From an uncultured cyanobacterium (GTDB lineage Bacteria > Cyanobacteriota > Cyanobacteriia > Cyanobacteriales > CAWUOF01), in NCBI GenBank assembly GCA_963744145.1, contig CAVUSO010000001.1:1248001-1312000 (forward strand): a stretch of DNA of 64,000 bases, read 5' to 3'. Position 1 is the first letter of the stretch. The number at the start of each line of letters is the position of its first letter. Position numbers and translations under genes: made by a program. Below are positions 52,937 to 62,791 of this stretch, in pieces. A model generated the notes under the pieces. It worked only from the letters and a program-made list of their open reading frames with translations, did not search any database and was not told the origin of the DNA.

Positions 52937-53310
52937 TGTAGGGGCGAAGCATTCGGGCGACAATTAATCGCACAAAACTTTACCCTGAGCGTTCCCTGAG
53001 CGGAGTCGAAGGGCGGAGTCGAAGGGCGGAGTCGAAGGGCAGTAATATTATATCCGAATGCTTCGCCCTTCTTCGCCGATATCTCCCAAAACATTCTTAA
53101 TTGAACCGGATTGATATATCATTAATTGAACCGGATTGATATATCATTAATTGAACCGGGTTTATCTATTAATTGAACCGGATTTATATATAGTTGATCT
53201 GTTGGTTTCATCGATGGTGAGGGCAAAGCATTTCGGTAATGGTTTCTTCGTTTGGGCGATAATTTCTTCACCGAAATGCTTTGCCCCTACAGGGAACTGA
53301 ATCGGCTGGT
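52937..53310. repeat. Composite REP/VNTR cassette (4 units) with nested mini-elements
   Basis: Near-identical to the other cassettes; CCCTGAG x2 then GTCGAAGGG x3. Confidence 0.9.
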
Positions 53311-53351
53311 GTTTTCTCCTATAGATCGCTATTAAATTGAATTAATCTATT

Positions 53352-53958
53352 ATGGTTATGCAATGTGTGGATTTAGTAGCCAATTGCAGTTTCCCATCGT
53401 CAAACTCTTAGACTACCAAGAACAATGGGAGTTTTTGGAACAAAGTACCAATCATGAAAGCAGTAATTGTCATGGCACATTTAACAGCAAAGGAAACCAC
53501 CAGAGATCCACAAAGAAGATTACAAGGGAAACTCAGCATAGTGCGGGGACTATATGAACGGGGCTATAATAGGGAGGAAATCAAGCGAACTATTTCGGTT
53601 AATTGACTGGATGATGGTATTACCAGACCAGCTAGAACAGGATTTTCGGGTGGAATACAAACGGTTTCAGGAGGAAAATCAAGTGCCATATATCACCAGT
53701 ATTGAACGTTTAGCCAAAGCAGAAGGTAGAGAAGAAGGCTTAGAAGAAGGGATCGAACAAGGAATCGAACGAGGCAGTGTACAAAATTCACGGGAAAATA
53801 TCATCACGGTGTTGGAGACTAGGTTTGGAGAAGTGCCAGAAATCTTCAGAGAGCGGATTAATCAAATCGAAAATTTAGCCACATTAAGACAACTTCTCAT
53901 TCGTGGCATTACGATCGCTTCTTTCGAGGATTTTGAGCAAGAAATCTCTTCAAATTAG
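53352..53958 (+). pseudogene. 5'-truncated second copy of the Rpn-family gene
   Basis: Near-identical to about 50618-51235, including the same frameshift. Confidence 0.85.
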
Positions 53959-54096
53959 TCACTAGGATCTAGTTAATTCCAATATTGGGTTGAGGAGCGA
54001 TCGCAATTTATCTGCTCTTATATAGAGATTTAGATGCGATCGCCTCTTCTCAAAATACACCCCGATACAAATTGAAGAAATTGAGCGAAAAAGTCT

Positions 54097-55488
54097 ATGC
54101 ACGATCAGCAACTGTGGCGAATCTTAGAAGGAGAATGTGTCAACGGACAATATCATCTCAAAAAACTATTAGGAGTAGGAGGCTTTGGAGGAGTTTTTCA
54201 AGCAGATGAAGTGGTCGGCGATCGCCTAGTTCGAGAAGTAGCTATTAAGCTAATTTCCCCAGATAGTGATGAAAAAAATCGCGATCGCCAGCTCCAAGAA
54301 TTGATTGATGCTGTTAATCTAGATCACCCCAATTTAGTGCGATGCTTTACTTCTGGTTTAGTTGAAATCAAAGGGTTTAAATTTTTGTATTTAGTAATGG
54401 AACTAGCCCAAGAAACCCTGGCTAAACGTCTAGAAAAAAGCTCTTTGTCGGTGGAAGAAGTGCAAAAAATCGTCCAGGAAATCGCTGCTGGATTGGTTTA
54501 TCTTCATCATGAACCCGATCCGAAAGTACATCGCGATTTGAAGCCTGCTAATGTACTAAGAGTAGGCGATCGCTGGAAATTATCAGATTTTGGCTTATTG
54601 CGTTCAATCGGTTCTAAAGGTTCAGCTCGTACCAGTAAAGGTGGGGGAACTTACAGCTATGCTCCCCCAGAAGCTTATGACGGAGTAGTTGCTCCAGCTT
54701 GGGATGTATGGTCATTAGGAGTAATCATGGTGGAAATGCTCACAGGACAGCTACCCTTTACAGGAGATACAGAGCAGGAATTGATCGTAAAAGTAATGGA
54801 GGGTAAACCATCAATCGAATGGTCAAAAGTCCACCAATCATTCAGAGAGATGATCAAGGGAGCTTTAGAGAAAGAGCGGAAAGACCGATGGACAGCAGAA
54901 ATGGTGCTGAATACTTTGACCGGACTAACCCCAACTCGTCCAACAGAAAGCCAGCAGACTGTATCCTTGAAGTCAGCAAAAGGAATAGATTACACTAATT
55001 TACAATGCTTACTAGCCGCAGGGAAATGGGAGGAAGCTGATGAAGAAACATATAAAAAAATGTGCGAGGTCATGGGACGACAAAGAGAAGGTTGGCTAGA
55101 TGTCGAACAGATCGATAATTTTCCTAGTGAAGACCTTCGCACAATTGATCAACTTTGGGTAAAATCTAGTAACGGTCATTTTGGCTTTTCTGTGCAAAAG
55201 CGCATCTATCAAAGTCTGGGTGGAACCCAGAACTATGATCAGACAATTTGGGAAGCTTTTGGCGATCGCATCGGTTGGAGGAAAAATGGATACTGGATAT
55301 CTACCAGTAAACACACCTTCTCAAAGGATTCTCCCGTTGGCCATCTCCCCTCGGCGAGGTGGGGGCGCGATTGGGGTACTATGGTGGCGGCGGCGGCTGT
55401 GTGGGGGTGGCGTTATTTTATCGGGGGGGAAGGGATTTTTGATGGTTTTAAATGTGGGTGGTCTCTTCTCTCGCGTCGAGACTTGTAA
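54097..55488 (+). CDS. Ser/Thr protein kinase-GUN4 domain fusion, copy 4
   Basis: Same motifs; terminates in an alternative frame of the conserved 3' anchor (SLLSRRDL*). Confidence 0.93.
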   Translation: MHDQQLWRILEGECVNGQYHLKKLLGVGGFGGVFQADEVVGDRLVREVAIKLISPDSDEKNRDRQLQELIDAVNLDHPNLVRCFTSGLVEIKGFKFLYLVMELAQETLAKRLEKSSLSVEEVQKIVQEIAAGLVYLHHEPDPKVHRDLKPANVLRVGDRWKLSDFGLLRSIGSKGSARTSKGGGTYSYAPPEAYDGVVAPAWDVWSLGVIMVEMLTGQLPFTGDTEQELIVKVMEGKPSIEWSKVHQSFREMIKGALEKERKDRWTAEMVLNTLTGLTPTRPTESQQTVSLKSAKGIDYTNLQCLLAAGKWEEADEETYKKMCEVMGRQREGWLDVEQIDNFPSEDLRTIDQLWVKSSNGHFGFSVQKRIYQSLGGTQNYDQTIWEAFGDRIGWRKNGYWISTSKHTFSKDSPVGHLPSARWGRDWGTMVAAAAVWGWRYFIGGEGIFDGFKCGWSLLSRRDL

Positions 55489-55493
55489 ACATC

Positions 55494-55692
55494 AAAACAT
55501 TCTTAATTGAACCGGATTTATATATAGTTGATCTGTTGGTTTCATAGATGGTGAGGGCAAAGCATTTCGGTAATGTTTTCTGCCCTTCGACTTCGCCCTT
55601 CGACTTCGCTCAGGGAACACTCAGGGTAAACGTTTGGGCAATAATTTCTTCGCCGAAATGCTTTGCCCCTACAGGGAACTGAATCGGCTGGT
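55494..55692. repeat. Partial REP/VNTR cassette with inverted nested mini-elements
   Basis: One VNTR unit, then a GGGCAAAGCATTTCGG...CCGAAATGCTTTGCCC doublet containing CCCTTCGAC x2 and CTCAGGG x2. Confidence 0.85.
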
Positions 55693-55864
55693 GTTTTCTC
55701 ATGTAGATCGATATTAAATTGAATTAATCTATTATCGTAAATTGGGATAATCAATGATGTTTAAGTGCGATCGCATTATGGTTTTAATTGGAGGCGATCT
55801 CACTTAGATAACTAATTATTTGCTAAAATGAGAAAGAAGTCAAGGTGATCACTGGGTTGTTTCG

Positions 55865-56170
55865 TCAAATTTCGCGATTTCTATTTTTCCAGTAATTCGG
55901 TTTGCGTCTGCTATGCGCGATCGCCATAACCAAAATCTCTTCTTCTAGCTCTGTATAGAAAATTACATAGGGAAACCTTTGAATAGGATAACGGCGTATT
56001 CCTTGAATATGGTGCAAAGCTCCTAAGTTGGGGTTGTCCTGAATTTTAAGCAGGCTTTTTTCTACTTCAGACAACAAATCTAATCCCAAGCCTACTTGTT
56101 GAGTTTCATAGTAAGCTATTGCAGCGTCAAGCTCTGCCCGAGCTTCAATGTGGATACTAATAAACTTCAC
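55865..56170 (-). CDS. RelE/ParE-family toxin
   Basis: EARAELDAAIAYYE...GLG...RFPYVIFY...AIAHSRRKPNYW. Confidence 0.9.
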   Translation of the reverse strand: MKFISIHIEARAELDAAIAYYETQQVGLGLDLLSEVEKSLLKIQDNPNLGALHHIQGIRRYPIQRFPYVIFYTELEEEILVMAIAHSRRKPNYWKNRNREI

Positions 56171-56397
56171 GAATATTTTTCTCGTAATTCAGCAAAAACT
56201 TTAGATGCTGGTTCTACAACAGCGGTTTTGTTATTAAAACTTTCTAACCTTTTGACTAATTCCATATCCCAAGCTGTTTCTAGATCATCATCTATCCCTT
56301 CATGTAGAGAATGAATCAAAAAATAGGCAATTTCAGCACGCTCTTTTAGAGAAAGCTGAGAAAGTTCGAGTTTAAGTTTTTCTGCCGTTTCACTCAT
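56167..56397 (-). CDS. Addiction-module antitoxin
   Basis: LSLKERAEIAYFLIHSL...AWDMELVKRL; stop overlaps the toxin start. Confidence 0.88.
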   Translation of the reverse strand: MSETAEKLKLELSQLSLKERAEIAYFLIHSLHEGIDDDLETAWDMELVKRLESFNNKTAVVEPASKVFAELREKYS

Positions 56398-56752
56398 ATT
56401 TTTAATATTTTCCCAACCAGTCTGATTATATTGTATTCAACCATCTCAATAGTCGGGACAGTTTTTAGAGAAATAGTTGAAACCGTCATTCGATCGTTGG
56501 CGATCATTAGGATCTTGGATGCCAAAACCCTCATTCTACCGTTGCCAATTAAAAAGTGTTTGAAGTATTTATATAATAATATAGCCGATTATTACCTAAT
56601 TAGTCAACAATTTTGTCAATGAGCGAGCGTTTGTCCGTTTTGATATGAGTTAGAATAATGAGCCTCGGGGTAAACGATCATTTTAAAATCAAAATACCCC
56701 TAGTAGCTAACAAGTCAGCCCCAGGGGTAAAATTAGGCTAGCACTGAAAAAA

Positions 56753-58129
56753 TCAGGTAGTTGGAGAAGCTAGTTTTTTCTCCAGAGTGGAAATTGGGCT
56801 AGTTTCCAAGTCATGTTCAGCTTGCGATCGCTGTAATTTAGCGCCTAATTGTTGTAATTTCAGATCCAATTTCTCATAACCTCGGTCTAAATGATGGAGA
56901 GAGTGGATCGTGGTCTTTCCTTCTGCTGCTAATGCAGCTAGTACCAAAGCTGCGGAAGCTCTTAAATCTGTCGCTACTACCGGAGCTCCAGATAAGATCG
57001 GCACTCCACGGATAATCGCATTATTACCTTTGACCCGGATATCAGCACCCATCCGATTTAACTCAGCGACATGTCGCAACCGATTTTCAAACACTGTTTC
57101 TGTAATTACACTATCACCCTCACATAGAGTCAGCAAAGCCATAAATTGAGCTTGCATATCAGTGGGAAAACCGGGATAGGGTAAAGTTTCAATATCCGTT
57201 GCGATCGGGTTTTGCTTACAAACAATCCGGAGTTGATTAGGAGTTTCGACGATAATCTCTGCTCCCATCGTCCGCAGTTTAGAAATCACCGCTTTGAGAT
57301 GATCTGGGATTAAGGGAGCCAAAGTCAGTTCCGATCGGGTAATTGCTGCAGCGACCAGAAAAGTTCCTGCCTCAATCCGATCGGGAATAATGCTATAGTC
57401 AGCCGCGTGTAATTTGGGCACTCCAGCAATGACGATCGTCTTAGTCCCAGCACCCTGAATCCGAGCGCCCATGGACTGACAGAAATTGGCTAAATCGATT
57501 ACCTCTGGCTCTTGGGCAGCATTTTCAATGGTAGTTTCTCCATCCGCTAGAGTTGCAGCCATCATTAAGGTTTCTGTTGCACCAACACTGGGGTAATCCA
57601 GATAAATATTGGCACCTTTTAACCTTTTACCGGGAGCATAAGCATGGACAATCCCATGATCGATCTGAACATTAGCCCCCATTGCTGCTAAACCTCGGAC
57701 ATGGAGTTCCACGGGTCTAGCACCGATCGCACATCCACCCGGTAGGGGAATTTCCGCTACTCCCAACCTTGCTAGCATTGGTCCAATCACAAAAAAACTG
57801 GCCCGGAGTTGGCTGACCAGCTCGTAGGGTGCTTGCGATTGTTTGATGTTACTAGCATTGATATCTAAAACATCACCATTTCTTTCTAACTTGACACCTA
57901 AAGTTGACAGGATTTGGCCCATGCGGTCCACATCAACTAGAGATGGTACATTCTGGATGCGACAATCTTGGGGACAAAGTAAAGCTCCAGCCATAATTGC
58001 TAAAGCTGAATTTTTGGCACCACTGATTTTGACTTGTCCTTGCAATTGAGAGCGTCCCCAAATTTGCAAAACTGACTTCTCTACTTCCGGTGAAGCAGGA
58101 ACATTTGGCAGCTTGAAAGAGTCAGTAAT
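56753..58129 (-). CDS. murA: UDP-N-acetylglucosamine 1-carboxyvinyltransferase (start uncertain: ATT at 58129 or TTG at 58069)
   Basis: [50 protein letters not shown] and DRGYE motifs. Confidence 0.97.
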   Translation of the reverse strand: MTDSFKLPNVPASPEVEKSVLQIWGRSQLQGQVKISGAKNSALAIMAGALLCPQDCRIQNVPSLVDVDRMGQILSTLGVKLERNGDVLDINASNIKQSQAPYELVSQLRASFFVIGPMLARLGVAEIPLPGGCAIGARPVELHVRGLAAMGANVQIDHGIVHAYAPGKRLKGANIYLDYPSVGATETLMMAATLADGETTIENAAQEPEVIDLANFCQSMGARIQGAGTKTIVIAGVPKLHAADYSIIPDRIEAGTFLVAAAITRSELTLAPLIPDHLKAVISKLRTMGAEIIVETPNQLRIVCKQNPIATDIETLPYPGFPTDMQAQFMALLTLCEGDSVITETVFENRLRHVAELNRMGADIRVKGNNAIIRGVPILSGAPVVATDLRASAALVLAALAAEGKTTIHSLHHLDRGYEKLDLKLQQLGAKLQRSQAEHDLETSPISTLEKKLASPTT

Positions 58130-58344
58130 GGGTCTATCCTCCGCTATCTATGAAGTTTAGATTTCTTCAAATTTGGTTTTGATTCTACCGGAAAGATTCT
58201 AAATGTCGAGTATTATTAGTCAATCTGACCAAATTGTTCATTAATCTCTCATTTTCTCTATGTGTCAGCTTTCTCTTGCCTTAGTCTTGACAAGATAAAA
58301 AATTGTGTTAGGATGGTAAATCGCAACTCTAAATTGTGTTAGAT

Positions 58345-58428
58345 GCGGATCTGGCGGAATTGGTAGACGCGCTAGATTCAGGTTCTAGTGTCCGCAAGGA
58401 CTTCCGGGTTCAAGTCCCGGGTTCCGCA
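58345..58428 (+). tRNA. trnL: tRNA-Leu(CAG)
   Basis: GCGGATCTGGCGGAATTGGTAGACGC, anticodon arm CTAGA-TTCAGGT-TCTAG, variable arm, GTTCAAGTC; TTGACA upstream. Confidence 0.96.
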
Positions 58429-58502
58429 TTTTTTTTGATTACAACTGGAATAAAATTGTCGTTAGCCATGAAAACGGTCAGTTTAATCATCACCATTGGT
58501 CA

Positions 58503-59306
58503 ATGCTAACCAGTCTCCAGAATCCATTAGTGAAGCAGATGCGTAAACTGCATCAAGCTAAAGAACGACGGGAACAGCAGTTGTTTTTATTAGAAGGGAC
58601 ACACTTATTAACTGAAGCTTGTGCTGTAAATTACCCTCTAGTTACAGTTTGCTGTACTCCCGCTTGGCAGGAACATCAGTCTCAATTATGGCAGCTCCTG
58701 TCGGAAAAAGCGGATCGGACAGAAATTGTCTCAGCAGAAGTATTAGGGGCGATCGCCTCGACGGTTAACCCTGATGGTATAGTCGCTACAGCCAAACGAC
58801 TTCCTCTGGTTACTTATCCCCAAACAAAAATTAAATTAGGATTAGCTTTAGAAACTTTACAAGACCCAGGAAATTTGGGCACAATTATTCGCACTGCGGC
58901 GGCAGCAAATGTTCAGTCATTATGGTTAAGTGCTGATAGTGTAGATGTAGATCACCCAAAAGTCTTGCGAGCCTCAGCTGGAGCATGGTTTCACTTACCA
59001 ATGGTTCAATATCCTGATTTAAAAACAGAAATATTGGACTGCAAAAAGCAAGGGATACAAATAATTGGCACTCTTCCCCAAGCCGAGCAGGTCTATTGGG
59101 AAGTAAACTTTCAACAACCAAGTCTAATTTTATTAGGAAATGAAGGTGCAGGACTCTCAGCCGATCTAATCGCCCTCACAGATCAGCAAGTAAAAATTCC
59201 GATCAGTGCTAGGGTAGAATCTCTAAATGTGGCGATCGCTGCTGCCCTGATTTTATATGAAGCCCAACGCCAACACCATCTGATGTCCTCTCATTCTGGA
59301 GAATGA
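58503..59306 (+). CDS. TrmH/SpoU-family RNA methyltransferase
   Basis: QDPGNLGTIIRTA, GNEGAGL and ESLNVAIAA motifs. Confidence 0.95.
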   Translation: MLTSLQNPLVKQMRKLHQAKERREQQLFLLEGTHLLTEACAVNYPLVTVCCTPAWQEHQSQLWQLLSEKADRTEIVSAEVLGAIASTVNPDGIVATAKRLPLVTYPQTKIKLGLALETLQDPGNLGTIIRTAAAANVQSLWLSADSVDVDHPKVLRASAGAWFHLPMVQYPDLKTEILDCKKQGIQIIGTLPQAEQVYWEVNFQQPSLILLGNEGAGLSADLIALTDQQVKIPISARVESLNVAIAAALILYEAQRQHHLMSSHSGE

Positions 59307-59527
59307 GGATGCAAAGATTCGATATATTGCTCAATATCGGCTGCTGCTGCTTCTAAATCATGCAGATCAAAAGCTTTTTCTGGATGGTAGGCAGAATTTG
59401 ACCCATTATGCTCAGGTTTAGCTCTAGACTTGGACAGAGGTTCCTCATCGACGGCTAAAGTTTTTGGTAACTCTTCTAGTGCATCAAAAAAGGCTTTCGT
59501 TGCATCTTGACGCTCGTGAATGCTCAT
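59291..59527 (-). CDS. Small hypothetical protein
   Basis: FFDALEEL...LEAAAADIEQY, resembling small cyanobacterial proteins; no function recognised. Confidence 0.55.
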   Translation of the reverse strand: MSIHERQDATKAFFDALEELPKTLAVDEEPLSKSRAKPEHNGSNSAYHPEKAFDLHDLEAAAADIEQYIESLHPHSPE

Positions 59528-59762
59528 GTTGATGATCTATCATCATAGGTTCCCCCTTTTGGTATAAAAAAACTTTAACTATCTGTTTTAAACCTTTATA
59601 CCTACATTTTCAGCCAATCCAGGAATATAAACCAGGTACTAACCCAATTGTCAATTTAGAATCAACCTCATGCTGAGTGTACCCAGATTTTCTTGATGTT
59701 GCTACTTTTAGATTTTGCGTCTACAGAACCATTACCATTAAAAAATAGATCTAGGGAAACTG

Positions 59763-61196
59763 ATGGAGAGTAATGTGACTCAAGGATTTGATTATGATCT
59801 TGTAATTATTGGCGCTGGTGTAGGGGGACATGGTGCTGCCTTACACGCGGTGAGCTGCGGTTTAAAAACAGCGATTGTGGAAGCAGCAGAAATGGGTGGA
59901 ACCTGTGTGAATCGTGGTTGTATTCCCTCAAAAGCTCTTTTAGCTGCATCCGGTAAAGTCCGAGAGTTACGCAATGCTCACCATTTAAAAGCTTTAGGTA
60001 TTCAAGTTGCTCAGGTTGAATACGATCAACAAGCGATCGCGAGTCATGCTAGCAATCTGGTGACTAAGATTCGCACAGATCTGACTAATAGCTTGAAGCG
60101 GTTAGGGGTTGATGTCTTGACTGGACATGGTCAAGTTACGGCTGTCCAAAAAGTCCAAATTGGTGAAAAGACGGTCACAGCTAAGGATATAATTCTTGCT
60201 CCCGGTTCGGTTCCTTGGGTCCCACCAGGAATTGAAATTGATGGCAAAACCGTTTTTACCAGTGATGATGGTGTAAAATTGGCGTCTCTTCCTCCTTGGA
60301 TCGCAATTATTGGTAGTGGCTATATCGGGTTAGAATTTTCTGATATCTATTCCGCTTTGGGCTGCGAGATTACCATGATTGAAGCCCTAGATCAACTTAT
60401 GCCCGGATTTGACCCTGATATTGCTAAACAAGCTAAACGGGTACTTATTGATCCCCGTGATATTGAAACCAAAGTTGGTTTATTAGCGAAAAAAGTTACT
60501 CCTGGTTCTCCGGTTGTCATTGAATTAGCAGATGCTAAGACTAAAGAAGTAGTTGAAGTTTTGGAAGTAGATGCTTGTCTGGTCGCTACAGGTCGGATTC
60601 CAGCTACTAGTAATTTAGGATTAGAAACTGTCGGAATTACACTTGATCGGCGCGGTTTTATTGCCGTTAATGATCAAATGGCAGTATTGTTAGATGGAGA
60701 ACCTATCCCTCATCTCTGGGCTATTGGTGATGCTACTGGCAAAATGATGCTAGCTCATGCTGCTTCTGCTCAAGGGATTGTGGCTGTAGAAAATATTTGT
60801 GGACGCGATCGCACAGTCGATTATAACAGTATTCCGGCGGCTGCTTTTACCCATCCAGAAATTAGCTTTGTGGGAATGACTGAACCAGCAGCTCAAGCAA
60901 AAGCTGAAGCTGAAGGGTTTAAGATATCCACAGTCAAAACTTATTTTAAAGGTAATTCTAAGGCGATCGCCGAGGGTGAAACTGACGGGTTAGCAAAGGT
61001 AATCTATCGTCAAGATACGGGTGAACTCTTAGGTGCCCATATTTTTGGTTTGCACGCTGCGGATTTAATCCAAGAAGCAGCTAATGCGATCGCTCTCCAC
61101 CAGTCAGTCCGTGATTTAGCTTTTCTAGTTCATACCCATCCGACTCTTTCGGAAGTGCTAGATGAAGCTTTCAAACGAACAGTTAGCACTCATTAA
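59763..61196 (+). CDS. lpdA: Dihydrolipoyl dehydrogenase
   Basis: [27 protein letters not shown] and HTHPTLSE motifs. Confidence 0.97.
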   Translation: MESNVTQGFDYDLVIIGAGVGGHGAALHAVSCGLKTAIVEAAEMGGTCVNRGCIPSKALLAASGKVRELRNAHHLKALGIQVAQVEYDQQAIASHASNLVTKIRTDLTNSLKRLGVDVLTGHGQVTAVQKVQIGEKTVTAKDIILAPGSVPWVPPGIEIDGKTVFTSDDGVKLASLPPWIAIIGSGYIGLEFSDIYSALGCEITMIEALDQLMPGFDPDIAKQAKRVLIDPRDIETKVGLLAKKVTPGSPVVIELADAKTKEVVEVLEVDACLVATGRIPATSNLGLETVGITLDRRGFIAVNDQMAVLLDGEPIPHLWAIGDATGKMMLAHAASAQGIVAVENICGRDRTVDYNSIPAAAFTHPEISFVGMTEPAAQAKAEAEGFKISTVKTYFKGNSKAIAEGETDGLAKVIYRQDTGELLGAHIFGLHAADLIQEAANAIALHQSVRDLAFLVHTHPTLSEVLDEAFKRTVSTH

Positions 61197-61304
61197 AACT
61201 AGCCTGAATAGGGTGAGTATTGCTCACCCTATTAAATTAGATTTTTCTTGAATTGATAATTTAGAGAAATTATCGATCACAGCTTATTTAGCTACAATTA
61301 TCCT

Positions 61305-62189
61305 ATGCAAATCCGTCGTCGTTCTCCCAATCCTGCTGTTACGGTTCAGGAATTATCCTATCAAATTACCGTTCCTGATGCTAAACCACGTCATATTTTA
61401 GAGGAAATAGTCTGGCAAAAAGAAACCGAAGTAGACCAGATGCGGTCAAAAGTTTCTTTGGCTGATTTACAAAAAAAAGTCCAGACCTTACCCCCAGTTC
61501 GTGATTTTATTGCTGCTTTACAAGCAGGAAAGACCCAACCTGCATTAATTGCGGAGGTAAAAAAAGCTTCTCCCAGTAAGGGTGTGATTAGAGCTGATTT
61601 TGATCCAGTTGCGATCGCGACAGCTTACCAGCAAGGTGGTGCTAGTTGTATCTCTGTACTGACTGATGAAAAATTCTTTCAAGGTAGTTTTGACAATTTA
61701 GCCAAAATTCGGGCTACTGTGGACTTACCACTGTTATGTAAAGATTTTCTGATCTATCCTTATCAAATCTATCTAGCTCGGACCCAAGGTGCCGATGCAG
61801 TTTTATTAATTGCGGCGATTCTGTCGGACAAAGACTTACAATATTTTGTCAAAATTGTCAAGATGCTCAACATGACAGCTTTAATTGAAGTACATACCCT
61901 AGCAGAATTAGATCGAGTATTAGAATTGACAGATATAAATCTGATCGGGATCAATAATCGGAATTTAGAGGATTTTTCCGTTAGTCTAGAAACCACTACC
62001 AATTTATTAGCCCTGCGAGGTGACCAAATCAGACAGCGTAAGATCATGTTAGTCAGTGAATCAGGATTGCATCACAGTGAGGATCTACAAATAGTAGCCC
62101 AAGCTGGTGTCCAAGCTGTCCTGATTGGTGAATCTTTGGTGAAACAGCCCGATCCAGGTGCGGCGATCGCCCGTTTATTTGGCCAATAA
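61305..62189 (+). CDS. trpC: Indole-3-glycerol phosphate synthase
   Basis: [30 protein letters not shown] and SESG motifs. Confidence 0.97.
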   Translation: MQIRRRSPNPAVTVQELSYQITVPDAKPRHILEEIVWQKETEVDQMRSKVSLADLQKKVQTLPPVRDFIAALQAGKTQPALIAEVKKASPSKGVIRADFDPVAIATAYQQGGASCISVLTDEKFFQGSFDNLAKIRATVDLPLLCKDFLIYPYQIYLARTQGADAVLLIAAILSDKDLQYFVKIVKMLNMTALIEVHTLAELDRVLELTDINLIGINNRNLEDFSVSLETTTNLLALRGDQIRQRKIMLVSESGLHHSEDLQIVAQAGVQAVLIGESLVKQPDPGAAIARLFGQ

Positions 62190-62404
62190 ATAGTTTTTTT
62201 TTTTCCAGAAACATCTGTTAAGATTAAAAAAACATGAGTGAAATAAAACTTGGTTTAAGTTTTAAAATATTAATTATTTGCGAGCCATTAGGAACTCCGT
62301 GATCTCCTCAATGCTGCTACCTAAACTGGCTGATTAATTTCTGTAGCAATCACTCCTCACACATTCACGGTGATTTGTATCAGTTCTTTTGAGGTTAACC
62401 AGCT

Positions 62405-62689
62405 TTGACCCAGCCAATTCCTCTCCCTTCCCATATTCATTACGAACTGCTCCTCCAAATTTTGGAGAGACAAACTGCTTTTGCTGTCGGACAAGGATCT
62501 CCCCAGCATGAGCAAGTACATCAATTGATCATTACTCTTAGGAAAGCGTTAGCTCAACAAAAACGGCTCGAAGAAAGCTGTGAACAAGCTAACTTAAAGA
62601 TCGAATATCGTTGGTCCCTGAACGAACAGCATGGTGAACGAGATGTACCCTCCGATTTGCTGACTACACCCCCAAAACCCCAGGTGTAG
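62405..62689 (+). CDS. DUF5340-like cyanobacterial protein
   Basis: PLPSHIHYELLLQILERQT...LIITLRKAL...YRWSLN. Confidence 0.7.
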   Translation: MTQPIPLPSHIHYELLLQILERQTAFAVGQGSPQHEQVHQLIITLRKALAQQKRLEESCEQANLKIEYRWSLNEQHGERDVPSDLLTTPPKPQV

Positions 62690-62791
62690 TTAGAGTGATC
62701 CTGACCTTTTACCGATTAAATATGAGTATTCAGACTCAGGGAAACATCCTGATTTCTGATCATAACTCTGCTCTCTAATCAAGAAAAGTTA

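Noticed and set aside
52565..53094. Minus-strand ORFs 52565..52819 and 52807..53094, and similar ORFs at 46570, 46855, 47025 and 55542
   Set aside because: They are translations of repeat cassettes or antisense to real genes.
44576..55488. Canonical DGR (RT + template repeat + Avd) explaining the variable tails
   Set aside because: No RT motifs, Avd or A-rich template copy seen in the window, and the variable segments differ in length and do not align. A remote DGR cannot be excluded from this window alone.
36804..56700. Accessory region as a tRNA-integrated island or prophage
   Set aside because: No integrase or phage genes, and no duplicated tRNA 3' end found; both tRNA-Leu genes are separated from the region by core genes.
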